From: Coprothermobacterota bacterium
GTDB taxonomy: Bacteria > Coprothermobacterota > Coprothermobacteria > Coprothermobacterales > Coprothermobacteraceae
DNA length: 64,000 nt
Reading direction: 5' to 3'
Assembly (NCBI GenBank): GCA_036679065.1
Contig: JAZIGN010000003.1
Coordinates: 224,001 to 288,000 of the forward strand
Shown here: positions 40,534 to 50,021 of the stretch, in pieces
Numbering within the stretch: the stretch's first letter is position 1
How the letters are laid out: every line of letters begins with the position of its first letter
Translations under genes and position numbers: made by a program
Notes under the pieces: model-generated
Seen by the model: the letters and a program-made list of their open reading frames with translations, nothing else
The model's database searches: none
Told to the model about the DNA's origin: nothing

Positions 40534-41625
40534 TCATGGGAGCAAGAAAACTCCCATTTTCTCTGCGTCAACCCATTGGGCTTGCAGAGAACTGCTTCTT
40601 AGGTTCCCTTTGTAGGATGTAATGCCAAGCTGTTTGGCATAAGCTGGATCAACCATGAATCGACCATCCTTAAGCGAAAACTTGGAGTAATCCACCAATG
40701 CACCATTAAGCGAGGCGATTTTGGCCTTGTTTGATATGAAAAGCACTTTGGCATTGGGTTTTTGCTGGGCCACTTTCAAATAAAGTTCTGCCATGCCTTG
40801 GGTCAGACGGGGCCCTGCTCTAAATACCCAGTCGTCATTAAAGGAAACAAGTTTGCCTTGCTGGACTGCTTTTAAATCACTCCAGGGTTTTCCTTTAAAA
40901 GAAGCTGCTTCCCCGCTCATGGATTTTTCCGGATAGAGAATGTAATCAGGGTTAAGTTTGAGCAGTGTTTCCTCGCCCAACGTGGGCCATGGTTGGGTGT
41001 AGCTGCCTGTAACTGATACTAAGCCTACCTGATTGAGAACGTCATTTATGAAGGTGTCTTTGCCCACGCTCATGGGCGGATCATGCCACAAAAGCAGCAG
41101 CACCCTAGGATGCTGGCCACCCAGTGACTTTAGCGCTACAGGCATGAGTCTAATTTGTTCTTCAAGTTTCTTGGCTTGGGCTTCCTTCTGGAAAATGAGC
41201 CCCATGCGATGAATTAGCGATGACACTTCACTCACTGACTGTGGATCAGCAATGAATACGTTCCAGTACTTCTCCATGATGTCGTAGGTCTCTTTCCTAA
41301 AGCTAATGGTGCCAATGATTAGATCAGGCTTCTTGGTCAGCAGCAGTTCAATGTTGGGTTGGGTGTAGTCGCCCATCACAGGTACATTCTTCACTTCTGG
41401 TGGGTAATCATCCACGGGGGTGCGACCAATTAAACTGCCTTGAGCTCCAATAGCATACAGGATTTCCGTAACATTGGGAGCCAAAGAAATAACACGCTTG
41501 GGCACACTGGTGAATGTTAAAGTCTTACCCACATCATCTGTTACTTTCACCGCTGCGGAAGCAGGTAATACAAGCATAGTAGCCATTAGCAGCAGTGCAA
41601 CAACACGCGAAAACCGAGTCCTCAT
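40534..41625 (-). CDS. btuF: Cobalamin ABC transporter substrate-binding protein
   Basis: Signal peptide, PKRVISLAPNVTEIL, PNIELLL, RAGPRL; lies under a B12 riboswitch. The ORF-track N-terminal extension is riboswitch sequence. Confidence 0.88.
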   Translation of the reverse strand: MRTRFSRVVALLLMATMLVLPASAAVKVTDDVGKTLTFTSVPKRVISLAPNVTEILYAIGAQGSLIGRTPVDDYPPEVKNVPVMGDYTQPNIELLLTKKPDLIIGTISFRKETYDIMEKYWNVFIADPQSVSEVSSLIHRMGLIFQKEAQAKKLEEQIRLMPVALKSLGGQHPRVLLLLWHDPPMSVGKDTFINDVLNQVGLVSVTGSYTQPWPTLGEETLLKLNPDYILYPEKSMSGEAASFKGKPWSDLKAVQQGKLVSFNDDWVFRAGPRLTQGMAELYLKVAQQKPNAKVLFISNKAKIASLNGALVDYSKFSLKDGRFMVDPAYAKQLGITSYKGNLRSSSLQAQWVDAEKMGVFLLP

Positions 41626-41664
41626 GAGATCACCTCCTTTGTCCTCGCAAAAGAGGCTCGGAAG

Positions 41665-41858
41665 TAACAGATCAGGCAGGTCTCCCGGCTTCCGGATCAA
41701 CGCTCGGTCCTTGCCTTCCCAGCAGCCTTTTATTGGTGCCAGTGGCATTCGTACCTTGGACTTCGCTCCCCGGTCACGGTTGCGGGACAGCGCCGGATTC
41801 TCACCGGACTTCCCTTTTGGCCCATGCCTCAAAAAAGGCATAGTCACCTGACCCGGTA
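41665..41858 (-). ncRNA. Cobalamin riboswitch
   Basis: Minus strand AGGTG...AAAAGGGAAGTCCGGTGAGAATCCGGCGCTGTCCCGCAACCGTGA...GCCACTG...GGGAAGGC...AAGCCGGGAGACCTGCC (B12 box). Confidence 0.95.
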
Positions 41859-42141
41859 CTTAGCTCCATTATAGAACATAAAATGCAACTGTTCAACAAT
41901 AAATCATGGGTAAGCTATATTTCATATCCGTTTGCTCTTTCGAAATTCCAACAGTTCGTGCTAGTGCACTCTTTTTTAAGCAGTAGGCGTCTAAGCGCTT
42001 GCGCAAGCCATATGTTTTCTGTGCAGAGTTGTAAATAGTTTCGCAAAAAGCGCTCATGGATTATGATATTAACGAGCTACGGACTAGGGAGCACTTGGGT
42101 GGTTAGAAGAAGCATATACAGTTACCTCGAAAAGGAGGGGC

Positions 42142-43167
42142 ATGAACACGAAAAGCGACAGTAAACAAGTTGTGAGAACACTGGGTCAACGATTGACCAT
42201 AATGGCAATTTTGGGCCTTGTAGTCATAACAGTTTTGTTCGGTATCAATCAAATTGTCCAAAAAGCTGCCAATGTGCCTCCTGGTAATGGCCAAGGTACA
42301 GGTTCAGGAGCCATTGCCCAAGATGTTTCTGTCTGGACTCAAACCAGTAAATACGACTTCGACCGCGGCCTAATTTATCAAGTGGATACTTCGGCAAGCC
42401 CCGGAGATGTTGTGCTCGCTATAAAAATGCAGACCATACTGGACCACTTTAACGACCAGCGCTACATCAACTCCGAGGAAAGTCAGAACATAAGCGTAGA
42501 GGATGGTCAAGTGGAGCTTTTACCTTTGAGATCTGAGGGTGTTTTGGTGTCCAAGAATTTATTGCCTCAGCACGTAGTACGTGTGGAGTCCTTTAACTAT
42601 GAAGCATCTATACCTTGGCGAGCCAGTGTAAAAGTACAGTTTTCCAAAGACTGTGTAAACTGGTACAGCTCTGCAGGAATTCTAGACGGTTGGGACAAAC
42701 TGTCTGAAGGTTCTCACGACATTGATTTATCCAACCTAAATTGGGTTGGCGTGTCAGAGTTTTACTACAGAATGGCGTTTGACGGTGGTGGGCTGCTGGG
42801 TTTTATGAGGCCCGCAGTAAAAGAAGTAGAACTTACGTACGCTGCCTACCACACTTCAGGCAGCATTGCCTCAATGGTCTTTGACAGCGGAGTAGAGAAT
42901 GCACAGTGGGATTCTATTTGCTGGGATGCCACGCTATCGATGAATGCCACTATTACTTTTGAAGTGAGAGCGTCAGATACGTTTTTTACACGAGACAGCG
43001 CTACTCCAGGCTGGACTTCAGTAGAAGCTGAAGCTGTCTCAAATAACTCATACCGTGCGTCAGTTGATCTGCCTTCTGGTAGGTACAAACAATGGCGTGC
43101 TACGTTAAGCACCTCTGATACTTCCACCACACCCGTACTCCATGAAGTCAAGGTTTATTACTACTAA
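42142..43167 (+). CDS. Hypothetical membrane-anchored, beta-rich surface protein
   Basis: AAGGAGG RBS, N-terminal TM, two similar beta modules (ending PAVKEVELTY and PVLHEVKVYY). Confidence 0.75.
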   Translation: MNTKSDSKQVVRTLGQRLTIMAILGLVVITVLFGINQIVQKAANVPPGNGQGTGSGAIAQDVSVWTQTSKYDFDRGLIYQVDTSASPGDVVLAIKMQTILDHFNDQRYINSEESQNISVEDGQVELLPLRSEGVLVSKNLLPQHVVRVESFNYEASIPWRASVKVQFSKDCVNWYSSAGILDGWDKLSEGSHDIDLSNLNWVGVSEFYYRMAFDGGGLLGFMRPAVKEVELTYAAYHTSGSIASMVFDSGVENAQWDSICWDATLSMNATITFEVRASDTFFTRDSATPGWTSVEAEAVSNNSYRASVDLPSGRYKQWRATLSTSDTSTTPVLHEVKVYYY

Positions 43168-43205
43168 CTGAAACAGTTAGGCTGATTTTCCGCCAAGATT
43201 TTTAT

Positions 43206-44147
43206 TTACCCGCCCACTTTCACAGTAAAGCCGCTGTTTTCAAACAAGGCTTTTATGTGTTCAACGTGGTCTGCATCAGGCGATTCATGGGTGGGCATTC
43301 TGTAGGGTTTCCCCAGACGCACATACTTTTCTCCAACGTCGTGGAAGGGTAGCAGATCCACACGCCTGACGCTACCTATGTCATTTTTCAAGAAGGAAAT
43401 CAAACCTTCAATATTTCGAGGAGTATCAGTAATACCAGGTATGAGTGGTATTCTGATAATTACATCACTTGCCCTTCCACTGCCTGCAAGAGCCTTTAAG
43501 TTTTCCTTTATGAGTTCATTTGGCACACCAGTAAAATACGCATGCTGCTGTGAATCTGCCAATTTCTGGTCATACAAGAAAACGTCTATTAAAGGTGCTA
43601 ATTGAGAAAAAATGTCCTTGGGCACAAAACCAGAGGTTTCCACGGCTGTGTGAATGCCTAGTTCCTTGCATGCCTTTAGAGCATGCTGCAAGAAATGAGC
43701 TTGCATGAAGGGTTCACCACCGGTGAAGGTCACTCCTCCACCTGATTGATCGTAGTACAGCCGGTCTTTTTCCAGCTCCTGCATAAGCTCTTTTACGCTC
43801 AACGTGAAACCCACCATTTGCCAAGCAGTGGTTGGGCAGTAGTGTGCACACACGCCACAACGTGTGCACTGTGTTCTGTCAATCACTACGCCGCCTTGGG
43901 TAAGCTCTAAAGCATCCTGTGGGCATACTTCTTGGCAGGTACCGCATCTCATGCACCTGAACTCAAAATGCATCAGCTCAGGAATAGGGCTTATGCCTTC
44001 AGGGTTTTGACACCACCAGCAGCTTAGTGGGCAGCCTTTTAGAAACACCAGCGTTCTTATGCCAGGTCCGTCGTGCACAGCGAAGCGCTGCACATCAAAG
44101 ACTGTGCCCTGAGCGTTCCAATCTACTACAGATTCCTTCTGGGGCAA
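43206..44147 (-). CDS. Glycyl-radical enzyme activating protein
   Basis: HDGPGIRTLVFLKGCPLSCWWCQNPE plus ferredoxin insert, GGVTFTGGEP. Confidence 0.95.
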   Translation of the reverse strand: MPQKESVVDWNAQGTVFDVQRFAVHDGPGIRTLVFLKGCPLSCWWCQNPEGISPIPELMHFEFRCMRCGTCQEVCPQDALELTQGGVVIDRTQCTRCGVCAHYCPTTAWQMVGFTLSVKELMQELEKDRLYYDQSGGGVTFTGGEPFMQAHFLQHALKACKELGIHTAVETSGFVPKDIFSQLAPLIDVFLYDQKLADSQQHAYFTGVPNELIKENLKALAGSGRASDVIIRIPLIPGITDTPRNIEGLISFLKNDIGSVRRVDLLPFHDVGEKYVRLGKPYRMPTHESPDADHVEHIKALFENSGFTVKVGG

Positions 44148-44152
44148 AGTTC

Positions 44153-46600
44153 TTACACCGTCTCGTGCTCTGTTCGAGCTATGATTTCCTCTTGCAGACC
44201 CTTGGGCAGGTTTACAAAGTAATCACTGTAGCCGGCAACGCGTACCATGAGATCTTGGAAGTCTGCTGGTCTTTTCTGAGCTTCGCGGAGCAGCTCTGCG
44301 CTAACTACGTTGAACTGCACGTGGTGTCCGCCCATGTTGAAGAAGCTTCTTATCAGTTGTCCCAGCTTCTTAAGGGTTTCTGGGTCTTCCACGATGTCCG
44401 GTGTGAGTTTCTGGTTAAGCAGTGCTCCACCCGTTTTGTCCCAGTCGCACTTGCTCACCGACCTAAACACAGCAGCTATGCCTTTTCTGTCACTACCTTG
44501 CACTGGCGATACACCTTCAGATACGGGCATGCCAGCTTTCCTTCCATCAGGGCTTGCTCCCATAACTCTACCAAAATACACGTGCACCGTGGTGGGCAAC
44601 CAATAAGCTCTGCGAGATGCTCTTCTTACAGGTGTGGGTGGGTAGCTCTCAATGAGCTCCACTGTTTTATCCACCAAGGCCTTAGCTATGTTGTCGGCAA
44701 AATCGTTGTCTTCGCCAAACTTGGGCGTCCGCGTAAGTATGACCTGCCGCATCATTTCATAGGGCCCTTCGAAGTTGCTGCTTAGTGCTTTTAGGAGCTC
44801 TTCCATGCTGAATGTGTGGTTTTCAAACACGTGGTATTTTATTGAGCTCAGACTCAAAGTTACAGTGCCCAAACCAACAAGTTGTACATACTGCGTGTTG
44901 TAACGAGCCCCGCCACTGTTGTAATCCTTTGCACGCTTTACGCAATCTTCAATCCACAGCGACATGAATGGTACAGGCAGCTCAGTGGCGTAAAGTTGCT
45001 CGATAATATCGTTGCCCTTCATCTTTATGTCCATGAAGTACTTTATTTGCTTTAAGTAGGCGTCCCAAAGTTCTTCATAAGTTTGGAAGGTGGTAGGATC
45101 TCCTGTCTCCAAACCTATTTTCTTGCCCGTTATTGGGTCCACACCATTGTTAAGGGTGATTTCCAGTATCTTTGGCAGGTTAAAATACCCTGTCAGTATG
45201 TAAGATTCTTTGCCAAAGGAACCTGTCTCCACGCAGCCGCTTACCCCTGCAGTCCTTGCATCTTCCAAGGTTTTCCCTTGCCTAAGCATTTTCACAATGA
45301 TGCCATCAGCGTTGAACAGGGGTGGTTCACCAAAACCCGGGCCAATAACCTCTAGCGCTTTCCTGAGCAGCCTATCAGGTGTTTTATTGCTTATAAGAAC
45401 TGCCGTGTTTGGCTGCAGTGTGCGCATTTCATCAAGTACTTCCAGCAGCAGATAAGAAACATCGCTGGTGCCGTCCGAGCCGTCCACCTTTAAGCCACCA
45501 ATGTTTATTTTTGTAAAGTCGTTGTAGGTAAAACTTTCTTCAGCCGTGACGCCCACCTTAGGTACTGCTGGTTGGTTGTTGAACTTCACCCAAAAAGCTT
45601 CAAGTAGTTCCTTTGCTTTTTCCTGAGTTAACGTTCCTTCACTAATTTCTTTCTCATAAAAGGGCCTTAAGTGCTGATCCAGCCGCCCCGGGTTGAAAGA
45701 ATCCCACGGATTGGTTTCATAAGTTATGCCCACGTGTATGAACCAGTAATGCTGAAGTGCCTCCCAGAAGGTTTCTGGCGCATGAGCAGGTACTTTGCGG
45801 CAAATGGAAGCCATATGTAAAAGCTCTGCTTTCCTATCCACATTCGTTTCTTCTTGTGCTAGTTGTTCCAATTTCTCTGCATAACGCTGAGCATAGATAA
45901 GCAGCGCATCAGCTGCAATGTCCATGGCTTTAAGCTCTTCCAGTTTTTCTTCATATGCGGAATCGCTCTTGTCAAGCTGTGCCATGCGCCGTTTTATTTC
46001 TTCCTTAATATCCAGAATGCCCTTTTGGAAGATACGCTCGCCACCAGCAGTGTGACCCGGTGCGCGCTGTTCCATAAACTCTGTCCAAATACCCGCTTCG
46101 TAGCACTGTAGCCACTCCTCGGGCATGCGTTGAAACAGTTTTTCCCTTATGGTTTTACCTTGCCAAAAAGGCAGTATGGTGCTTTCATAAAGCTGTTTGT
46201 CTTCAGCAGTGTTGTGGTAGGGCATATTTTCTCGGGTATCTAGTATGTCCAAATCTTCCAGTGAATGAGCACATATCTCTGGGTAAGTGGGCACCTCTTT
46301 GGGGCCTGTTCCTCTTAAGCCTACAATGAGTTGACCCTCTTCCACGGGTAAACTGCAGTGCTCCAGCAAGTACTTAAATGCCATGGCTCGCTGCACTGGT
46401 ATGCTCAGGTTGTCTGCCATTCCGCTCTGGTAAAACTCTGTGACTAACCGTGCTCGCTCCGTGGAAATCTTTACTTGGGCATTTACACTTTCTTCTCTGA
46501 GCCGAGCTATGCGCTCATTTATGGGCCTAACAGCTTCTCTGCGCTTCTGGATTTCCTGTTCTATGGTCAATGTGGTCTTGTCGGCATTCACGTTTATCAC
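44153..46600 (-). CDS. hypD: Glycyl radical enzyme, trans-4-hydroxy-L-proline dehydratase-like
   Basis: PTYPEIC.H, TEFMEQRAPGHT, WDSF.PGRLDQHL, KFNNQPA.PKVG, SGCVETG, LPTT.H.YFG, VRVAGYS match the HypD family as recalled. Confidence 0.85.
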   Translation of the reverse strand: MINVNADKTTLTIEQEIQKRREAVRPINERIARLREESVNAQVKISTERARLVTEFYQSGMADNLSIPVQRAMAFKYLLEHCSLPVEEGQLIVGLRGTGPKEVPTYPEICAHSLEDLDILDTRENMPYHNTAEDKQLYESTILPFWQGKTIREKLFQRMPEEWLQCYEAGIWTEFMEQRAPGHTAGGERIFQKGILDIKEEIKRRMAQLDKSDSAYEEKLEELKAMDIAADALLIYAQRYAEKLEQLAQEETNVDRKAELLHMASICRKVPAHAPETFWEALQHYWFIHVGITYETNPWDSFNPGRLDQHLRPFYEKEISEGTLTQEKAKELLEAFWVKFNNQPAVPKVGVTAEESFTYNDFTKINIGGLKVDGSDGTSDVSYLLLEVLDEMRTLQPNTAVLISNKTPDRLLRKALEVIGPGFGEPPLFNADGIIVKMLRQGKTLEDARTAGVSGCVETGSFGKESYILTGYFNLPKILEITLNNGVDPITGKKIGLETGDPTTFQTYEELWDAYLKQIKYFMDIKMKGNDIIEQLYATELPVPFMSLWIEDCVKRAKDYNSGGARYNTQYVQLVGLGTVTLSLSSIKYHVFENHTFSMEELLKALSSNFEGPYEMMRQVILTRTPKFGEDNDFADNIAKALVDKTVELIESYPPTPVRRASRRAYWLPTTVHVYFGRVMGASPDGRKAGMPVSEGVSPVQGSDRKGIAAVFRSVSKCDWDKTGGALLNQKLTPDIVEDPETLKKLGQLIRSFFNMGGHHVQFNVVSAELLREAQKRPADFQDLMVRVAGYSDYFVNLPKGLQEEIIARTEHETV

Positions 46601-46930
46601 TTCCTTAGTCGCGTTTATTCACCACGGAAATCGACAATAACTTCTATTAACATTATATATGTATTAAATGCAGGCACATGCACTCATGTAAACTAGGAAC
46701 AATGGTGCAGTGTAAGGGTCTAACGGTTTTAGCCTTATCATTGATTTGGTAGCCTGAAAAATGCTCTAAGTCATCGATTGACATATAAAGTAATTCAATA
46801 ACATATAATATAAAGAGACTTACATGCTGCGTTTGGTCAATCTGATCGGGCAATGCATAGATGGTAACCTTTTTTAAATATAATCTATGGATAGTAGAGT
46901 CTTTTTGTAGGAACAGGGGTGTGGGTTTTT

Positions 46931-49285
46931 GTGTATAAAGTTTGCTGGGATCCTGAGTCAAAGGGCGTTCTTCTAACTCTTACTGATATTGAAAATTCCA
47001 TGGACGGCACGGTTAGGCCAGTGTTCTATGAAGAACTTGATCTTCTTGGTTTAGACCGATACTGGCAGTATCCTCATGCTGATGGACCCTTACTTTGGGC
47101 AAAGGGACGGCATTATTTCTATGATGGCCAGGAAGTTGCTACCGTTGAAGGCGGTGGATACTTTGTTAAGCCGAACGTAGTAGTAAAACTCGAAGATCTT
47201 TCTTTGGAACCAGTTGACGTGAACCTGATGGTAGAAAAGAATAAGACGTTCATTAATGGACTTACTGAAAAAGCCATGCGTTTTGTTGAGCAGAAGTACA
47301 AACGGTTCAGACCCAGGGTTGACGTAGCAGCAGTTTCTTTCTCCGGAGGAAAAGACTCCATGGTCCTTCTCGACTTAGTGCAAAGGACGCTAAATCCAGA
47401 CCAGTATGTTGTAGTGTTTAACGATACTTGGATGGAATTGAGTGATACCTACAAAGTAGTGGAAGAAGCAAAAAAGAGATGGCCTCAATTGAACTTTTAC
47501 ACGGCAAAAAGCGAAAAAGATGCTGAAACTACTTGGCGAGAAATGGGGCCCCCGAGCAGGCTGATAAGATGGTGCTGTACTGTCCATAAATCTGCTCCTA
47601 CGTTGTTGATGTTAAGGACGCTGGCAGGTAAGCCTTCAGTCAGAGCTTTAATAGTCGATGGCGTTAGACGAGAGGAGAGCCAAAGACGTTCTGTTTATAG
47701 TGATGTAGCAATCGGATACAAACATGACACACAGACGAATATTCGTCCAATAATTGATTGGAGCAGTACAGAAATATATCTATATACGTTTGCCAGACGA
47801 TTACCACTCAATCGAGCATACAGATATGGTCTGGCTAGAGTTGGTTGTTCTGTTTGTCCTTTTGCATCAGGGTGGTCCGAATATGTTATACAGAACGTGT
47901 ATGGCGGTGAAGTTGAAACTCTGCTAGATGCCCTTTTTGAATATGCCTCTATGTTTACGAAAGAGAAAGACGACTTAACGGAATTTGTTAGCTCTGGTAA
48001 GTGGAAAAGTAGAGCTAGCGGAAGTAGCTTGGGATTTGGTAAAGAATTACCAACAAAAAGCTTTAATGGATGTTCGTTGATGTTCGCAATCAGGAATCCC
48101 AACGAAAACTGGATCGAGTGGGTAAAAGCAGTGGGTAATGTTGTAATGGAAGGTGATATTCAAGGTCAGCTTAACGTTAGAGATCCTTCAAATCCAAGTT
48201 CGCCGCAGAAAATTCTTGATTTCCAGCTTAAGAAAGATAGTGACGTTGAAGTAATTACGGTAAATGGATTGAGTAGTGATGATAAAGAAACTATTAAAAG
48301 GCTTGGATGGGTGGCTACAAAAGTCAGTTATTGCACTCATTGCCAAGCGTGTCAAGTTGAATGTCCGACCGGAGCACTCCACATAACAACCACAAAGGTA
48401 ACTATCGACCAAGATAGGTGCATTCACTGCGCAGAGTGTCTGTGGTTCGGCGGCAAAGTGTGTTTAGGTGCTAAGTCTTTGAAAATGAAGGAAGGGGCTA
48501 AGGTGATGAGCAATAGCAGAATTTACCTTACTGACTATTCTGGGTTTGGTATCAGACAGGAATGGTTGAGAAAGTTGGTTGAAGTTGGCGAAAATTGGTC
48601 TCTTCAAAGTAGTGGTTTAGGTAACAAACAGTTCTCTGGATTGAGATCATGGTTAAAACATGCAGAAATAGATATTTCTGGGAAAGGCATGTTGAGTATT
48701 GACTTGCTACGCGAATTTGGTTCCGACAGCGATTTTACTTGGGCAGTAATTTGGACTAATTTAGCTAGGAACTCACAAATAGTTAGATGGTATATCAGTC
48801 AGGTAAAGTGGGGAAGCGTTGTTTCAAAGGACGACTGTGTAAAAATGACAGCGGAATATTTCCCAAATCATACAGAAAGAACTAGAAGGAACGCTGTAAC
48901 GGCCATTTTTGAACTCTTTACAAAGAGTCCGATAGGGTCTAGATTGGGGATAGGCATTCCTTCAATGAACAGCAGGCAACAAAGGGTGGAAAAACGGGGC
49001 TGGGTCAAACCTTTAGGAGATGTGATCCTGTACTCGTTGTACCGTTTTGCTGAAACTAACAATAGATATGAGTTTACGCTTAACGAACTGTATAACTCTG
49101 AGAGCTATGAAAGTCCGTATGCACTTTTTGGTTTAGCACAGACAAAACTAATGAGTATTCTACGTGGCATAAGTTCGACCAGACCTGATCTTGTACGCGT
49201 AGAGTTTGTAAGAGATCTGGATAATGTCTATTTGAACAGAAATTATTCGCCGAAGGAAGTCTTGGAGAATGTACGATTGGAATAG
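46931..49285 (+). CDS. brxP: BrxP-like: PAPS-reductase (DndC/SspD-like) + 4Fe-4S + DUF4007 fusion
   Basis: SFSGGKDS, RWCCTVHK, GVRREES, RVGCSVCP, CTHCQACQVECP/CIHCAEC, C-terminal FGIRQEWL...LGNKQ..GLRSWL. Confidence 0.87.
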   Translation: MYKVCWDPESKGVLLTLTDIENSMDGTVRPVFYEELDLLGLDRYWQYPHADGPLLWAKGRHYFYDGQEVATVEGGGYFVKPNVVVKLEDLSLEPVDVNLMVEKNKTFINGLTEKAMRFVEQKYKRFRPRVDVAAVSFSGGKDSMVLLDLVQRTLNPDQYVVVFNDTWMELSDTYKVVEEAKKRWPQLNFYTAKSEKDAETTWREMGPPSRLIRWCCTVHKSAPTLLMLRTLAGKPSVRALIVDGVRREESQRRSVYSDVAIGYKHDTQTNIRPIIDWSSTEIYLYTFARRLPLNRAYRYGLARVGCSVCPFASGWSEYVIQNVYGGEVETLLDALFEYASMFTKEKDDLTEFVSSGKWKSRASGSSLGFGKELPTKSFNGCSLMFAIRNPNENWIEWVKAVGNVVMEGDIQGQLNVRDPSNPSSPQKILDFQLKKDSDVEVITVNGLSSDDKETIKRLGWVATKVSYCTHCQACQVECPTGALHITTTKVTIDQDRCIHCAECLWFGGKVCLGAKSLKMKEGAKVMSNSRIYLTDYSGFGIRQEWLRKLVEVGENWSLQSSGLGNKQFSGLRSWLKHAEIDISGKGMLSIDLLREFGSDSDFTWAVIWTNLARNSQIVRWYISQVKWGSVVSKDDCVKMTAEYFPNHTERTRRNAVTAIFELFTKSPIGSRLGIGIPSMNSRQQRVEKRGWVKPLGDVILYSLYRFAETNNRYEFTLNELYNSESYESPYALFGLAQTKLMSILRGISSTRPDLVRVEFVRDLDNVYLNRNYSPKEVLENVRLE

Positions 49286-50021
49286 CTTCAAGAACTGGGC
49301 TAGACATGAACATTTCGGTTTAAGACCTGAATGGCTCGAGATGTACAAGCAGAGCTTATCGAATAATAATTACGTATGGACAATAGGTAATAGACAGGTA
49401 CAAAGTATTCTTGAGTGGGTTAAGACTATTGGTTTGGCAACGAGAGACGGTACTCTATCGAACTTGGGAAAGTGGTTTATTAAAGGGGAAATTTCTATTG
49501 AGAGTGAGCTTTTCTGGGAGATCGTCTGGGTGAACGTTGTCTTCAGTTTGCCTACAGCTAGATGGTATGCGCATAATGTTGATGGCAGAATGAGCTGGAA
49601 GGATATAAACACTTTAATCATGGCTATGGTGCCTCGTTTGAGTGCGAGGACTTTAGAAAATGCACTGTATGGGTTGAAAGACACTTTGATAAGAACGCCC
49701 ATAGGTTACGATTTAAAACAGGGAGCTTTTCATAAAAAAGATGGAGAAATGTTTGTCGTAAGGAATGGGATAATCCCATCACCTAAAGTTGCTCTTTATG
49801 CGATCATTAAATTGTTTGCTGAGGAGCGACGTGATGAAATGGGCTTGGACGAAGAATTGACATGGCCCTGGGTAATCTTTAATGTTCCCAAGGACGAGAT
49901 TCTTCGATTGATTGTTTCCACACAAGAGGGGGCAGTAAGTTTCCAAAGCAATATTGTTAGGTTAATGGCGAAAGGGGAGGCTTTGGGCAAATGGTTGGAT
50001 GGAAGTATGCTGATTACATAG
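49269..50021 (+). CDS. Stand-alone DUF4007 (SspB/BrxA-like) protein, paralogue of the BrxP C-terminal domain
   Basis: WARHEHFGLRPEWL, IGNRQVQSILEWVK, WVN..RWY, TPIG align with the BrxP tail; overlaps both neighbours. Confidence 0.75.
   Translation: MYDWNSFKNWARHEHFGLRPEWLEMYKQSLSNNNYVWTIGNRQVQSILEWVKTIGLATRDGTLSNLGKWFIKGEISIESELFWEIVWVNVVFSLPTARWYAHNVDGRMSWKDINTLIMAMVPRLSARTLENALYGLKDTLIRTPIGYDLKQGAFHKKDGEMFVVRNGIIPSPKVALYAIIKLFAEERRDEMGLDEELTWPWVIFNVPKDEILRLIVSTQEGAVSFQSNIVRLMAKGEALGKWLDGSMLIT

Noticed and set aside
41626..41847. N-terminal extension of BtuF in the ORF track
   Set aside because: It is riboswitch sequence; the real start follows AAGGAGGTG at 41625 and gives a signal peptide.
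46653..46961. Divergent 102-aa ORF as a BREX regulator (BrxR/WYL)
   Set aside because: No HTH or WYL features, and it overlaps the brxP start; probably spurious.
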